Positions 22,566 through 32,726 of a DNA stretch of 64,000 nucleotides are shown one piece after another. The notes beneath the pieces are model-generated. The model made no database searches. It had not been told where the DNA came from and saw nothing but the letters and a program-made list of their open reading frames with translations. Numbering within the stretch: position 1 is the first letter of the stretch; each line of letters starts with the position of its first letter. The position numbers were made by a program, and so were the translations under genes. Source of the DNA: Nitrospirota bacterium (GTDB lineage Bacteria > Nitrospirota > JACRHJ01); NCBI GenBank assembly GCA_963733375.1, contig CAVTDB010000001.1, positions 1 to 64,000 of the forward strand, written 5' to 3'.

Positions 22566-23031
22566 CTTGTTGTCTCCTGCCGTTTTCGGCGATTTCCTTT
22601 ATTTTTTTCAGTGTCTTTGAAGCGATGTTATGGACGAAGAAACGGCCGACGATATATTTTGCTACAAACTTCCCCAGGACAGGCCCCCAATCGGGGTCGA
22701 ACTCATGGATGATCCTGACCTGCGTTACCTTTCCCCGCTCCGTCGTCTTCTCTTTGATAATCCATTCCACGTACATCCCGATGGTGGGGCCGCCGATATG
22801 CCGGAAGATTATCTTACCCATCTCCGGCAGAGGTTTCTGGATGGATATCCAGCTTACGGGTATGCCGTCCCGGCTCGCCGCCATCTCCACCACCCGGTGG
22901 TCTCCCTCTTCTTTAAGGAGCGTCACCCGCCGGTAATGCGGGAGTCTCGCCGGCCATTTCAGAACGTCCCAGGCAAGGTTATAAACATCCTCCGCCGGCG
23001 CGTTTATGCTGATGGAATTTTCAGTGAACAC
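22558..23031 (-). CDS. SRPBCC/START-fold polyketide cyclase/aromatase-like protein
   Basis: TENSISINAPAEDVY..WPARLPHY, MAASRDGIPVSW, FRHIGGPTIGMYVEW, FVHNIASKTL. Confidence 0.8.
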   Translation of the reverse strand: MFTENSISINAPAEDVYNLAWDVLKWPARLPHYRRVTLLKEEGDHRVVEMAASRDGIPVSWISIQKPLPEMGKIIFRHIGGPTIGMYVEWIIKEKTTERGKVTQVRIIHEFDPDWGPVLGKFVAKYIVGRFFVHNIASKTLKKIKEIAENGRRQQVG

Positions 23032-23072
23032 GGCATCCTCCCCTCATCTCCACGTTCTTTCCGCCTCGCCCA

Positions 23073-24303
23073 TCACCCACGCTCTATTCCCCAAGTCCGC
23101 CCGGAATCCATATCGTCAAAAATTTTGCCGTACTCCTCCAGAACTCCGGTCCTGAACTCTTTTTCTACCCTTACGGCCTTATGCATGAAACGCTCGCAGT
23201 GACGGCAGCTGAACAGTCGGTCGTACGGCAGTCTTTGTCCCTGAACCCATCTAAAAAACCGTCCAGTTTTTTATTGTCGATATAAACCGGCTCGCCTTCC
23301 GGAGTTCCAAGGAGTCCGCGCTTTAACGCGAGTTCCCTTATTTTCATAAGCCTCGTGAGCTTGACATCTCCGGGGCGGAAAAAATATTTCCAGAAATGCG
23401 CGGCCTTTTTAATGCCGCCCGTCGGCTTGTCTTTATAGCCATAGGGCTGGATGAGGTCCAGCAAGTTTCCCTCGAAGCTCCCCCCGGCGTATGCCCGTAT
23501 CCTTTTCAACATAGCCGCCGCCGGAGCGCCCCGTTCTAGTATCTTGAAAGTTATTATAACCTAAAGTCCGGTATTGTCCCAGGTCTTCCGGGCGGATGAA
23601 TTCCGAACGCAGGTAGTTCACCGGGTCACGGAGCTTCAGATAAGAGCACTTGAGGGCGCACCAGTCTATCATAAAACCCGCCGCTCCGGTGCCCTTTCTG
23701 GGAGGCGTGGGACAGGTTTACCATGTGCTGGCCGGATAGCGGGCAGAACATCAGGCAGTTGGAATTCGCGATAAGCTGAAGCTCCAGAGTAACCGCTTTT
23801 CGGATTGCCGCCAATAACTTAAAGTTCCTGTTCACGGAGATGGACTCCAGAGTAATGCAGTCCGCGCCCATCTCCTCCCAGAACTTCGCCTTGGCAATGG
23901 AATCCACCCGCGCATAAACCCCCACTCTGACCGCCAGGGAGGGGTTATGCCGCTTTATCACGGGCAGGACCGATGGCAGGGATATCGTGACGCTCCGGGC
24001 GCCTATGGACTCCGCGAAATCCAGCGCACCCCGCAGGGCCTTCTGGCCTTTGCGCGTGTACTCCATATTGTCCATGCAGGCGGCGTTTAAGAGGTAGTTG
24101 AAGCCGATGCCTTTTTTCTTCGCGGTTTCAATATACTTGCGAAGGGCGCGGGCCGAGAGGGGAGAGAGCATGAACGAGGCCCTGCCGCCGCCGACAGGGT
24201 CCGAGGGGAGCTTGCCGAAAAGCTCCGAGACCGGCAGCCCGGAAAGTCCCTCTAAAAATCCTTCATCGAAGCAGGCCGCGACGGAAAATTTTAGGTCGGG
24301 CAT
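23073..24303 (-). CDS. Peptidase U32-family Fe-S protein (frameshifts)
   Basis: GGGR, FNYLLNAAC, VNRNFKLL, IANSNCLMFCP..H..WCALKC, FIRPEDL, C-terminal CxxxxC..CxxC. Confidence 0.8.
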
Positions 24304-25094
24304 CAGATGAACCCCACAAGGGACATCCTCCAGAAATGCCGCCTTCTGACCCTGAATTCCTTTAATCCCGAAGCCTGGGCGAGCCTTTTCATCTCGCCGG
24401 GAGTAAAGGACCTGAGGACGGATAACGGCCCGTCATAGCGGGTGTACTTATTGCTGGTGAATAGCCTGGAGATTATCCAGATAAGCGCCCAGGGGATAAG
24501 GTTTCGCCGCAGGTCCCCCGCGATTACGGCAAAACGTGAAACCCGCGCCATCTCCCTCAGGAAATGTACCGCGTCTTCCTCGCTCAGATGGTGCAGCACT
24601 AAAGAGCAGTGGACTATATCGAAGCTATTGTCGGGAAAAGGGAGTTTGAGCCCGTTCGCCAGAGCGTATGAAATTTCATGAAACTCACGGTTCCAGGCCT
24701 TCCCTTGCCCGAGGACGGCTAAATTCAAATCTGCCGCCACGGCAAGTACCTTGAAGCCCCTCTTCCCGGCATGGCTTGCCATCGCGGCGGTTACGTCCGC
24801 CGAGCCAGCGGCGACATCCAGAATTTTCAGATCCCGTCCGGCCTCATTTTTGCCTTCCAATCCCCACTTGGTACTATTTTTTGCCCTTTAACTCAGCCAT
24901 TCAGCCCCACTTTTCCTTTTTACTTCCATGTGGTCGAGGACGAGGCCTAAATCGCGCAGGGCGGAATTAATCCCTCCCAGCCGCAGGTTCACCTGCCGGA
25001 TGTCCATCAGACTGCCTGAAAGCTGACGCTCATCCTGCGCCTCGAACGGCAGGTCGAGTAGTTCCGGGTCTGTACGCCTGCGGGGCGCGAACAT
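24303..25094 (-). CDS. Class I SAM-dependent methyltransferase (one frameshift)
   Basis: ELLD..SLMDIRQVNLRLGG N-terminus, ILDVAAGSAD, FDIVHCSLVLHH, DLRR, YDGPLSVLRSF. Confidence 0.85.
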
Positions 25095-26026
25095 CAGAAG
25101 CCGGTAGTTTCCTGGCCCTTCTTGACCGCCTCGACAGACTTGTCGAAGGCCTCGCGCTCCTCTTCCGTGAGCGCAACCTGGAGTATTTCCTCCACACCGT
25201 CCATGCCCAGGATGACCGGCACGCCGGTGAACGCACCGGAGACCTTATACTCTCCTTCCAGGAGTACGGAACAGGGCAGTATCCTCTTCTGGTCAAGGAG
25301 TATAGCCTGCGCCATGGCAGCGGCGGCGGCGGCCGGGGCATAATAGGCGCTGCCGGTCTTGAGCAACGAGACTATCTCCGCTCCGCCGTTCCTGGTCCTC
25401 TCCACTACGGAGTCGATCGACTCCTTGTCCATCAGTTCGGTAATAGGTATTCCGGCGACAGTGGTATAACGGGGAAGCGGGAGCATCTGGTCGCCATGCC
25501 CGCCCAGGACGAACGCCTGGATGCTGTCCGCGGAGATGCCAAGCTCGATGGAGATGAATGTCCGGAACCTTGCGCCGTCGAGCACGCCCCCCATCCCGAT
25601 GACGCGCTCCTTGGAGAAGCCGCTGACCTTCCAGGCCACGTATGCCATAACGTCCATGGGGTTGGTCACGACTATTATCTTGGCGTCGGGTGAGAGAGGC
25701 GCGGCGGCCTTCGTAACTTCGGAGACAATTTTTACGTTCGCGGCAAGCAGGTCGTCTCTGCTCATTCCGGGCTTCCTGGCCATCCCGGCCGTGATGATTA
25801 TAAGGTCCGAGCCGGCGGTTTCTTCATAGGTGTTCGTCCCGACGATATCTCCGCTTATCCCCACAATCGGCGCGGACTCCAGTAGGTCTAGGCCTTTTCC
25901 CTGGGGCAATCCATCCACCATATCCACCAGCGCCACGTCGCCCAGGCGCATTTCCAGAATTTTCTGGGCCACCGTGGCTCCGACATTACCGGCGCCGATT
26001 ACCGTTATTTTGTTTCTTTTCTGCAA
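25094..26026 (-). CDS. mdh: Malate dehydrogenase (LDH-like)
   Basis: [34 protein letters not shown]. Confidence 0.95.
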   Translation of the reverse strand: MQKRNKITVIGAGNVGATVAQKILEMRLGDVALVDMVDGLPQGKGLDLLESAPIVGISGDIVGTNTYEETAGSDLIIITAGMARKPGMSRDDLLAANVKIVSEVTKAAAPLSPDAKIIVVTNPMDVMAYVAWKVSGFSKERVIGMGGVLDGARFRTFISIELGISADSIQAFVLGGHGDQMLPLPRYTTVAGIPITELMDKESIDSVVERTRNGGAEIVSLLKTGSAYYAPAAAAAAMAQAILLDQKRILPCSVLLEGEYKVSGAFTGVPVILGMDGVEEILQVALTEEEREAFDKSVEAVKKGQETTGF

Positions 26027-26044
26027 AGCCGCCTCCTTTTTGAC

Positions 26045-27314
26045 TTACGGTTTCGTGATTTTTACGCTTCCAATCTTCCTTTCGTCCATCTCCAGCACTT
26101 CAAATTTCAGTTCTTTGTATTTCAGGGTCTCGCCCGGGTGGGGCATCCTGCCGAAAAGCCCGAAGACGAAGCCTCCGATGGTATTAAAGTCCTTCGACTG
26201 GATGTTTATCCCCGTCTCCTGGCTTACCTCGTCAAGGTCGGCGGCTCCGGATACTACGAAATTCTTCTCGTCGACTATCTGGACCTCGCTCTCCTCCCTG
26301 TCGAACTCGTCATGGATGGAGCCGACTATTTCCTCCAGCAGGTCTTCGAGCGTTATAAGCCCGGCCGTGCCGCCGTACTCGTCTATCACAATCACCATCT
26401 GTATCTTCTGGTCCTGCATCTCCGTCAGGAGTTCCCGGACCCTCTTTGTCTCCGGGATGAAATAAGCCGGCCGGACCATCCTTTTTATTGTATCATTTTC
26501 ATCCAGTTCGCCGCGGGATAATGCGATAACCAGATCTTTTACATAAAGGACGCCCTGCACCGCGTCCACGGATTCCTCGATTACCGGATAACGTGAATGC
26601 CCGTGCTCCGCCACGAGGGAAAGCACTTCCGAGACCTTCGCGTCGTTAGGGATAGAGACTATCTCCGTCCTCGGGCGCATGGCCTCAAGGGCCAGGGTAT
26701 CGCCGAACTCGAATACCTTGTGGAGCATTGCCTTCTCCTCCACGTCCAGCGCACCCTCCTCCTGCCCTATGGATATTATAGCCTTTATCTCGTCCTCGGT
26801 CACGAAAGGCGATTTCTCCACCTTTCCGCCCAACAGCCTGATAATAGCATTGGTAACGCTGGTAAAAACCCAGACGATGGGGTGCATCAGGGATATGATA
26901 AACTCCATCGGCCTCGCAACCATAAGCGCCACCTTCGAGGCGTTGGAGGCGGCAAATGTCTTTGGAGTTATCTCGCCGAACATGACGATGAAGACCGTCA
27001 TTACGACCGAGGCGATCACCGTCACGGGCCGGTATGTCGGGAAAAGAGATATAGCGAGGGCGGTGCCCAGGGAGGACGCCAGGATTATAAAGAAGTTTTC
27101 CGTAAGGAGTATGGTACCGAAAAGCCTGCCGTGCTCCTCCCTGAGTCCTCTGGACCGATTTGGCGTTCGGGTTCCCTTTTTCCACCATGCTTCTTATCCG
27201 AAGACGGTTTACCGAGATTAACGCCGCCTCGGAACTGGAGAAAAAGGCAACGAACAAAACGCATATTATGATGATTACAATACTCAGAACGGGGGGGATT
27301 GCCAGCGATTCCAT
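26045..27314 (-). CDS. CNNM/hemolysin-type transporter (DUF21-CBS-CorC) (frameshifts)
   Basis: AFFSSSEAAL, FGEITPK, HSRYPV, VIDEYGGTAGLITLEDLLEEIVG. Confidence 0.9.
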
Positions 27315-27441
27315 TTACTCCTCTTGCCATTTTCCTAAAAACGAAGGGGCGCAAAATCTTACGCCCCATCCCTTGCCGCGATTTTAGAATTATAGCATAA
27401 CAACATAATTTTTTTAATAAAAAAATACCTTCGGGCATATC

Positions 27442-27474
27442 TTTTTACATATTATCAAATGAAATATGTAAAAA
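27442..27474. promoter_or_regulatory. 12-bp perfect inverted repeat (candidate operator) in a divergent AT-rich promoter region
   Basis: TTTTTACATATT-N9-AATATGTAAAAA; TTGACA at 27502. Confidence 0.4.
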
Positions 27475-27594
27475 TAAATAAAATTAATATTTTTATTTTA
27501 TTTGACAAAAATATTAAATGTACTATATTCTAAGAAAATAACATTAATTTATTTTTATCGATTTTAATTCCCAAAAAGCCAAAGGAGGAGAACG

Positions 27595-28176
27595 ATGAAG
27601 GAATTACTCGGAGGAATGCTGAACGGGATGAAAGACGTGTTGGCCGCAAAAGCCGGCGAGGGTTCATTAGAGAAGATATTAATACATTCCGGCATAACCA
27701 ATTTTTCAGTCTTCGACTCGTCTGAAATCCCGGCAAAGACCCTGATGGAAGTACTGGAAAACCTTTGCAGAACATTAAATATTCCACTTGGCGAAACTGC
27801 TGAGGTTTACGGCGAGCACTGGTTCAGGCATTATATCCCCAAGATTACGCCCTATCTCGGAGCGGATATAAATAACTCCAGATCTTTTCTATTAAAATTA
27901 AACGAAATACACTCGCCGTCCCCTGCCGGCAGCGAGACCCCTCCGTTTTTTCATTATAGCTGGAAGGATGAGAACACGCTGATGCTGAGCTGCGTCGGCT
28001 TCGACGAATGGGAAAGCCTGCCTTACTATCTCTTTAAAGGCATGGTCAGCGGCGTGGCGAAATTCTATAATGAAGACCTGCGGATATTTACCGGCCCTTC
28101 GAATACCTTCATCATAATTTTCCCGGAATGCGAAATCAAAAGAAGGCAAGCCCGACAAGCAGGAAGCTTAAATTGA
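27595..28176 (+). CDS. H-NOX (heme NO/O2-binding)-like protein, copy 1, degenerate
   Basis: YGEHW, SFLLKLNEIH, PPFF.Y.W.DENTL.L, KGMVSGVAKFYNE resemble the HNOB fold; no YxSxR motif. Confidence 0.65.
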   Translation: MKELLGGMLNGMKDVLAAKAGEGSLEKILIHSGITNFSVFDSSEIPAKTLMEVLENLCRTLNIPLGETAEVYGEHWFRHYIPKITPYLGADINNSRSFLLKLNEIHSPSPAGSETPPFFHYSWKDENTLMLSCVGFDEWESLPYYLFKGMVSGVAKFYNEDLRIFTGPSNTFIIIFPECEIKRRQARQAGSLN

Positions 28177-28347
28177 TACTATAGAGTATTAATGCGCTCT
28201 TTTTATGAGCGCTTTCAATCAGACAAAAATAAAATAAATAGTAAAGATAACAAAAAAACAAAGTGTTATAAATTGGGTATCACAATTGCATCTAACGGTT
28301 ATAACGGCGGGAGGAGTAATACGTAATTATAATCGCGGAGGAGTAAT

Positions 28348-28929
28348 ATGAAATTACTTATGTGTGAGATGCTAAACGGAATGAAAGAGATAGCAGTTGA
28401 AAAGGCCGGAAAAGAATCTTTGGAAAAAATCTTACAGGAGACGGGGGCGAATTATTCAATTTTTCAATGCCCTGAAGAAGCCTCTACCAAGACTATTCTT
28501 GTGCTCCTGGAAAGAATATGCAATAAAATCCACATGAACTTATATGATACCGCCGAAGTATTCGGAGAGTATTGGATCCAATGCCGCCTGAGCGGTATGC
28601 TTTCCTTGAAAGGTATCCGCATCAATAATTCAAAATCTTTGCTGACAAGGCTGAACGAACTGTATTTTGCGATGGCTACGTCTAATAAAGACCATCCGGT
28701 ATTTGGATATGAATGGAAGGGCAAGGACACACTGATGCTTAGTTGCGTCGGCACTGATGAGCGGCAAAACCTATCTTATTATTTCTTTAAGGGCATGGTT
28801 AACGGCGTGGCGAAATTTTACAAGGAGAACCTGCAGATATTTATAGGCCCATTAAATAACATCGTCATAATTTTCCCGAACGCCAGGATCAAAAGAAGGA
28901 AAGCCCGCCAAGCAGGAAGATCGAATTGA
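28348..28929 (+). CDS. H-NOX-like protein, copy 2, degenerate (His replaced by Tyr)
   Basis: Same length (193 aa) and clearly paralogous to copy 1; FGEYW, LTRLNELY, KGMVNGVAKFYKE. Confidence 0.6.
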   Translation: MKLLMCEMLNGMKEIAVEKAGKESLEKILQETGANYSIFQCPEEASTKTILVLLERICNKIHMNLYDTAEVFGEYWIQCRLSGMLSLKGIRINNSKSLLTRLNELYFAMATSNKDHPVFGYEWKGKDTLMLSCVGTDERQNLSYYFFKGMVNGVAKFYKENLQIFIGPLNNIVIIFPNARIKRRKARQAGRSN

Positions 28930-29498
28930 TGCTCGAGTTGGGGGTTTTTATAGTGGCGTTGGAGATGTGCCGGTAGCGGCACTGGATGTTTATGGCCCGT
29001 TTATCGTCCAAGAAATACTGCACTCCGAGCCCGGTCTGGATTATGAAATTGAAATCCGTCCCCTGCACCCGGTGCCCTATCGGCTCGTAAATCGCCCCAA
29101 AGCCAAAGGTCGAATAAGGCGACCACCTGCTTTGAAGAGCGGTGAAGTTATACTTGAAACCGGCAAACGAAAGCCCCGCCTCGACCTTTCCGTTCGGGTG
29201 CGTTATCACCCCCACCACCGGCTCCGCCTGGTACTGGACCAGTCCCCGGAAAAAAGAAGCTCCCCATTTCTTTTTTTGTCAGGAGAATGGATAGCGACGG
29301 CATGAATACCGCGTGCTCTATGCACGGCTGGACGGCATGGTGGTCCATAGCCCAGCCGTACCCGGCCAGGAAGCCGATTTCATAGGGGCTTCTGAGGATG
29401 ATGTCTTTAGAATCCAGGTCCGCGGCGAAGGCGTGAGTCGCCGAAATAACGAAAAGAAGTGCGATTAAAAAAATTTTTCGCATAAAGTGTTTGAACAC
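28889..29498 (-). CDS. PagL-like lipid A 3-O-deacylase / acyloxyacyl hydrolase (frameshift)
   Basis: Signal peptide, FNFIIQTGLG, YRHISNA catalytic motif, terminal Phe. Confidence 0.8.
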
Positions 29499-29504
29499 CG
29501 TCCC

Positions 29505-30440
29505 CTATACTCCCAATTTTTTCTTGAAATAATCGAGCGTCTTGCTTAAACCTTCCTCCAGCCCCACCTTCGGCTCCCAGCCAAGCAGTTCTTTTGCCTT
29601 GGTTATGTCCGGCTGGCGGACCTTCGGGTCGTCCTCCGGCAGAGGCTTGAATATAATTTTGCTCTTGGAGCCGGTGATTTTAACAATCGTCTCCGCCATC
29701 TGGAGCACGCTCATCTCCGCAGGGTTCCCGATATTTACCGGCGTGTCCACGTCCGAGAATAAAAGCCTTGTAATCCCGTCAACTTCATCTGAAACGTAGC
29801 AGAAGCTCCTGGTCTGAGAGCCGTCGCCGTAAACGGTAATATCTTCATTGTTAAGGGCCTGGCACATGAAATTGGGCACCGCCCGGCCGTCCCTTATCCT
29901 CATTCTGGGGCCGTAGGTGTTGAATATCCGTACGATGCGGGTTTTGAGCCCGTGGTAACGGTGATATCCCATCGTCATGGCCTCGGAAAACCGCTTTGCC
30001 TCATCGTAGACCCCTCTGGGACCGATGGGGTTCACGTTCCCCCAGTAGTCTTCGGTCTGCGGGTGGATGAGGGGGTCTCCATAGACTTCGGAGGTGGAAG
30101 CAATCAGGAATACCGCGCCCTTCTCCTTTGCCAGCCCCAGGGCCTTGTGCGTGCCCAGGGAACCGACCTTCAGCGTCTGAATGGGCAGTTCCAGGTAATC
30201 TATCGGCGATGCCGGAGAAGCGAAATGCAGGATATAGTCCAGCGGACCGTCCACGAACAGGTAATTCGTGACGTCGTACTTTATAAAGGTGAACCTGTCG
30301 CTCTTGATATGCGAGATGTTCGCGACGTCGCCAGTGATTAAATTATCAACGCAGATTACCTCGTGCCCGTCCGCCAGAAACCGGTCAGCCAGGTGAGAGC
30401 CTATGAAGCCCGCCCCGCCGGTAATAAGTATCCTTGCCAA
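29505..30440 (-). CDS. UDP-glucuronate decarboxylase-family NAD-dependent epimerase/dehydratase
   Basis: [42 protein letters not shown]. Confidence 0.9.
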   Translation of the reverse strand: MARILITGGAGFIGSHLADRFLADGHEVICVDNLITGDVANISHIKSDRFTFIKYDVTNYLFVDGPLDYILHFASPASPIDYLELPIQTLKVGSLGTHKALGLAKEKGAVFLIASTSEVYGDPLIHPQTEDYWGNVNPIGPRGVYDEAKRFSEAMTMGYHRYHGLKTRIVRIFNTYGPRMRIRDGRAVPNFMCQALNNEDITVYGDGSQTRSFCYVSDEVDGITRLLFSDVDTPVNIGNPAEMSVLQMAETIVKITGSKSKIIFKPLPEDDPKVRQPDITKAKELLGWEPKVGLEEGLSKTLDYFKKKLGV

Positions 30441-30460
30441 TTTAGCCTCCTTTTAGCGTT

Positions 30461-31765
30461 TTAATGCCTGCCGACGCATGCGTATCTGAAACCTTCCGCC
30501 CTCATCTTCGACGGCTCGTAGACGTTCCTCAGGTCTATGACTATGGGGCTTTTCATGCTGTGTTTGAGCTTCTGCAGGTCCAGTATCCTGAACTGGTTCC
30601 ACTCGGTCATGAACACCAGGGCGTCCGCCCCTTCCGCGCACGAATAAGAGCCGTCGCAGTACGTGATGTCCGGCAGGAATTTTTTCGCCTCTTCTATCGC
30701 CACCGGGTCATATGCGCGGACGGAGGCGCCTTCTTTTTGAAGGGCCTGTATTATGGCCACGGAAGGCGCGTCCCGCATGTCGTCGGTGTTCGGCTTGAAC
30801 GAAAGCCCCAGCACCGCGATGGTTTTCCCTGCAAGGTTGCCGCCCAGCACGCCGCGTATCTTATCCACCATCTTCATCCGTTGTGCGTAGTTCACGTCCA
30901 GCACTGCCTGAACTATCTTGAAATCATACCCATGTTCCCTGGCTATCTGCACGATGGCCTGGGTATCTTTCGGAAAACAGGAGCCGCCGAAACCGGGGCC
31001 CGGATGCAGGAACTTTGAGCCGATGCGGTTGTCCAGCCCCATGCCCACCGCCACCTTGTGCACGTCCGCCCTCACCAGCTCGCATATGTTGGCTATCTCG
31101 TTTATGAAAGATATCTTGGTGGCAAGGAAGGCGTTGGAGGCGTATTTTATCATCTCGGCCGTCGCGACGTTCGTCAGGACGAAAGGCGTCTCGATGAGGT
31201 AGAGCGGGCTGTACAGGTCCTTCATAATCGCCATCGCCTGGTCGGAGTCCGCGCCGATTACTACCCTGTTCGGGTGCATGAAGTCCTCTATCGCGGAACC
31301 TTCGCGAAGGAACTCCGGGTTTGATACGATATCGAAATCAACTTTCTCGCGCTGGCTCTGGCTGATTATGGCGCGTATTTTCTCCCCCGTCCCGACGGGT
31401 ACCGTGCTCTTGGTTACCACCACCTTATAGCCGTTCATGTTCTGGGCGATGCTCTCGGCCACTTTTTCCACGTATGAGAGGTCCGCGGAGCCGTCATCCC
31501 TGGGCGGCGTCCCCACGGCGATGAAAACCACCAGGGCCTTCTGTACCGCCTCGGCCAGGTTGGAAGTGAAGGAGATATGCCCCTCCTTCACGTTCTTCTT
31601 GACCATCTCCTCAAGCCCCGGCTCGTATATCGGTATTATGCCCTGCTTCAGGTCGGCTATTTTCTTTTCGTCGTTATCGACGCAGGTTACCTTCAGTCCG
31701 AATTCAGCAAAACAGGCGCCTGTGACAAGCCCGACGTAGCCGGAACCAACGACACAGATATTCAT
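30461..31765 (-). CDS. ugd: UDP-glucose 6-dehydrogenase
   Basis: GSGYVGL, NPEFLREG, KYASNAFLATKISF, GFGGSCFPKD. Confidence 0.93.
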   Translation of the reverse strand: MNICVVGSGYVGLVTGACFAEFGLKVTCVDNDEKKIADLKQGIIPIYEPGLEEMVKKNVKEGHISFTSNLAEAVQKALVVFIAVGTPPRDDGSADLSYVEKVAESIAQNMNGYKVVVTKSTVPVGTGEKIRAIISQSQREKVDFDIVSNPEFLREGSAIEDFMHPNRVVIGADSDQAMAIMKDLYSPLYLIETPFVLTNVATAEMIKYASNAFLATKISFINEIANICELVRADVHKVAVGMGLDNRIGSKFLHPGPGFGGSCFPKDTQAIVQIAREHGYDFKIVQAVLDVNYAQRMKMVDKIRGVLGGNLAGKTIAVLGLSFKPNTDDMRDAPSVAIIQALQKEGASVRAYDPVAIEEAKKFLPDITYCDGSYSCAEGADALVFMTEWNQFRILDLQKLKHSMKSPIVIDLRNVYEPSKMRAEGFRYACVGRH

Positions 31766-31873
31766 CTATAAAAGGCCCTCCGATAAAAGAAATGACTATA
31801 ATTAACCGCAGGTTCTAAGACAGAATAGCACAGATTAAAAAATTTAAGTGTTTTAATCTGTGTTTCTGAACTT

Positions 31874-32719
31874 TTAAATGTCTCTTTGTTTCAAATAATC
31901 TTTCAGGGCCTCTTCCCAATCCCTGAGGCGGTGCCCGGTGACATCCTCGTATTTTTTTTTGGAAATGACCGAATATGCCGGGCGGAGCGCAGGCCTTCCC
32001 AGTTCCGCCGTGGTAACAGGCTTCACCGTTATCCCCTCCGCCCCGTGGAGCTTAAGTATCTCCTTTGCGTACTGAAACCATGAGCAGTGCCCGTTATTGG
32101 CGGCGTGGAAAATGCCGGAGGCGTCCGCCTCGACAAGCCTCGTCAGGGCATCCGCCAGGTCCACCGTATATGTCGGGTTCCCCACCTGGTCCGAAACGAC
32201 GGACAGCTCGTCCTTCTTCCCTACCTGCGAGAGTATGGCCTCCACGAAATTGGGGCCGTTCTTGCCGAAGAGCCAGGAAGTCCGAACGATCAGCGCATCA
32301 GGGAGGACTTTTAAAACTTCCTGTTCCCCCTTCAGCTTCGACCGTCCATAAACGTTCAGCGGCCCCACAGGGTCCGTCTCGACGTAAGGCTCCTTCTTTT
32401 GACCGTCGTACACATAGTCCGTGCTGACGTAGAGCATTTTGGCTTTCGCGCCCCAGCAGGCTTTCGCGACGTTCCTCGCGCCCTCGGCGTTCACGCTGAA
32501 TGCTTTATCCGGCTCTTTTTCACAGCCGTCCACATTGGTGTACGCCGCGCAATGTATCACCCAGTCCGGCTGGATTTCGGCGACGGTCTTCAGGATATTC
32601 AGCTCGTCAACTATGTCGAACTCCCGGCGGGTCACCCCGATTGCCTCGTGCCCGACCGAAAGCCTTCGGACGAGATCGCTGCCCAGCATACCCGCCGCGC
32701 CGGTCACTATTATCTTCAT
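31874..32719 (-). CDS. rfbD: dTDP-4-dehydrorhamnose reductase
   Basis: GAAGMLG, AAYTNVD, STDYVYDG, YGRSKLKGE. Confidence 0.93.
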   Translation of the reverse strand: MKIIVTGAAGMLGSDLVRRLSVGHEAIGVTRREFDIVDELNILKTVAEIQPDWVIHCAAYTNVDGCEKEPDKAFSVNAEGARNVAKACWGAKAKMLYVSTDYVYDGQKKEPYVETDPVGPLNVYGRSKLKGEQEVLKVLPDALIVRTSWLFGKNGPNFVEAILSQVGKKDELSVVSDQVGNPTYTVDLADALTRLVEADASGIFHAANNGHCSWFQYAKEILKLHGAEGITVKPVTTAELGRPALRPAYSVISKKKYEDVTGHRLRDWEEALKDYLKQRDI

Positions 32720-32726
32720 CGGTATC

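Noticed and set aside
21326-23031. Canonical type II aromatic PKS or DarAB dialkylresorcinol cluster
   Set aside because: No chain-length factor or ACP, and the KS is FabF-like (His-His) rather than KAS III/DarB-like. Kept instead as a non-canonical cluster finding.
31805-31868. CACAGATTAAAA..TTTTAATCTGTG dyad as a regulatory site
   Set aside because: Single copy in the window; most likely another intergenic palindrome, with no evidence for a specific function.
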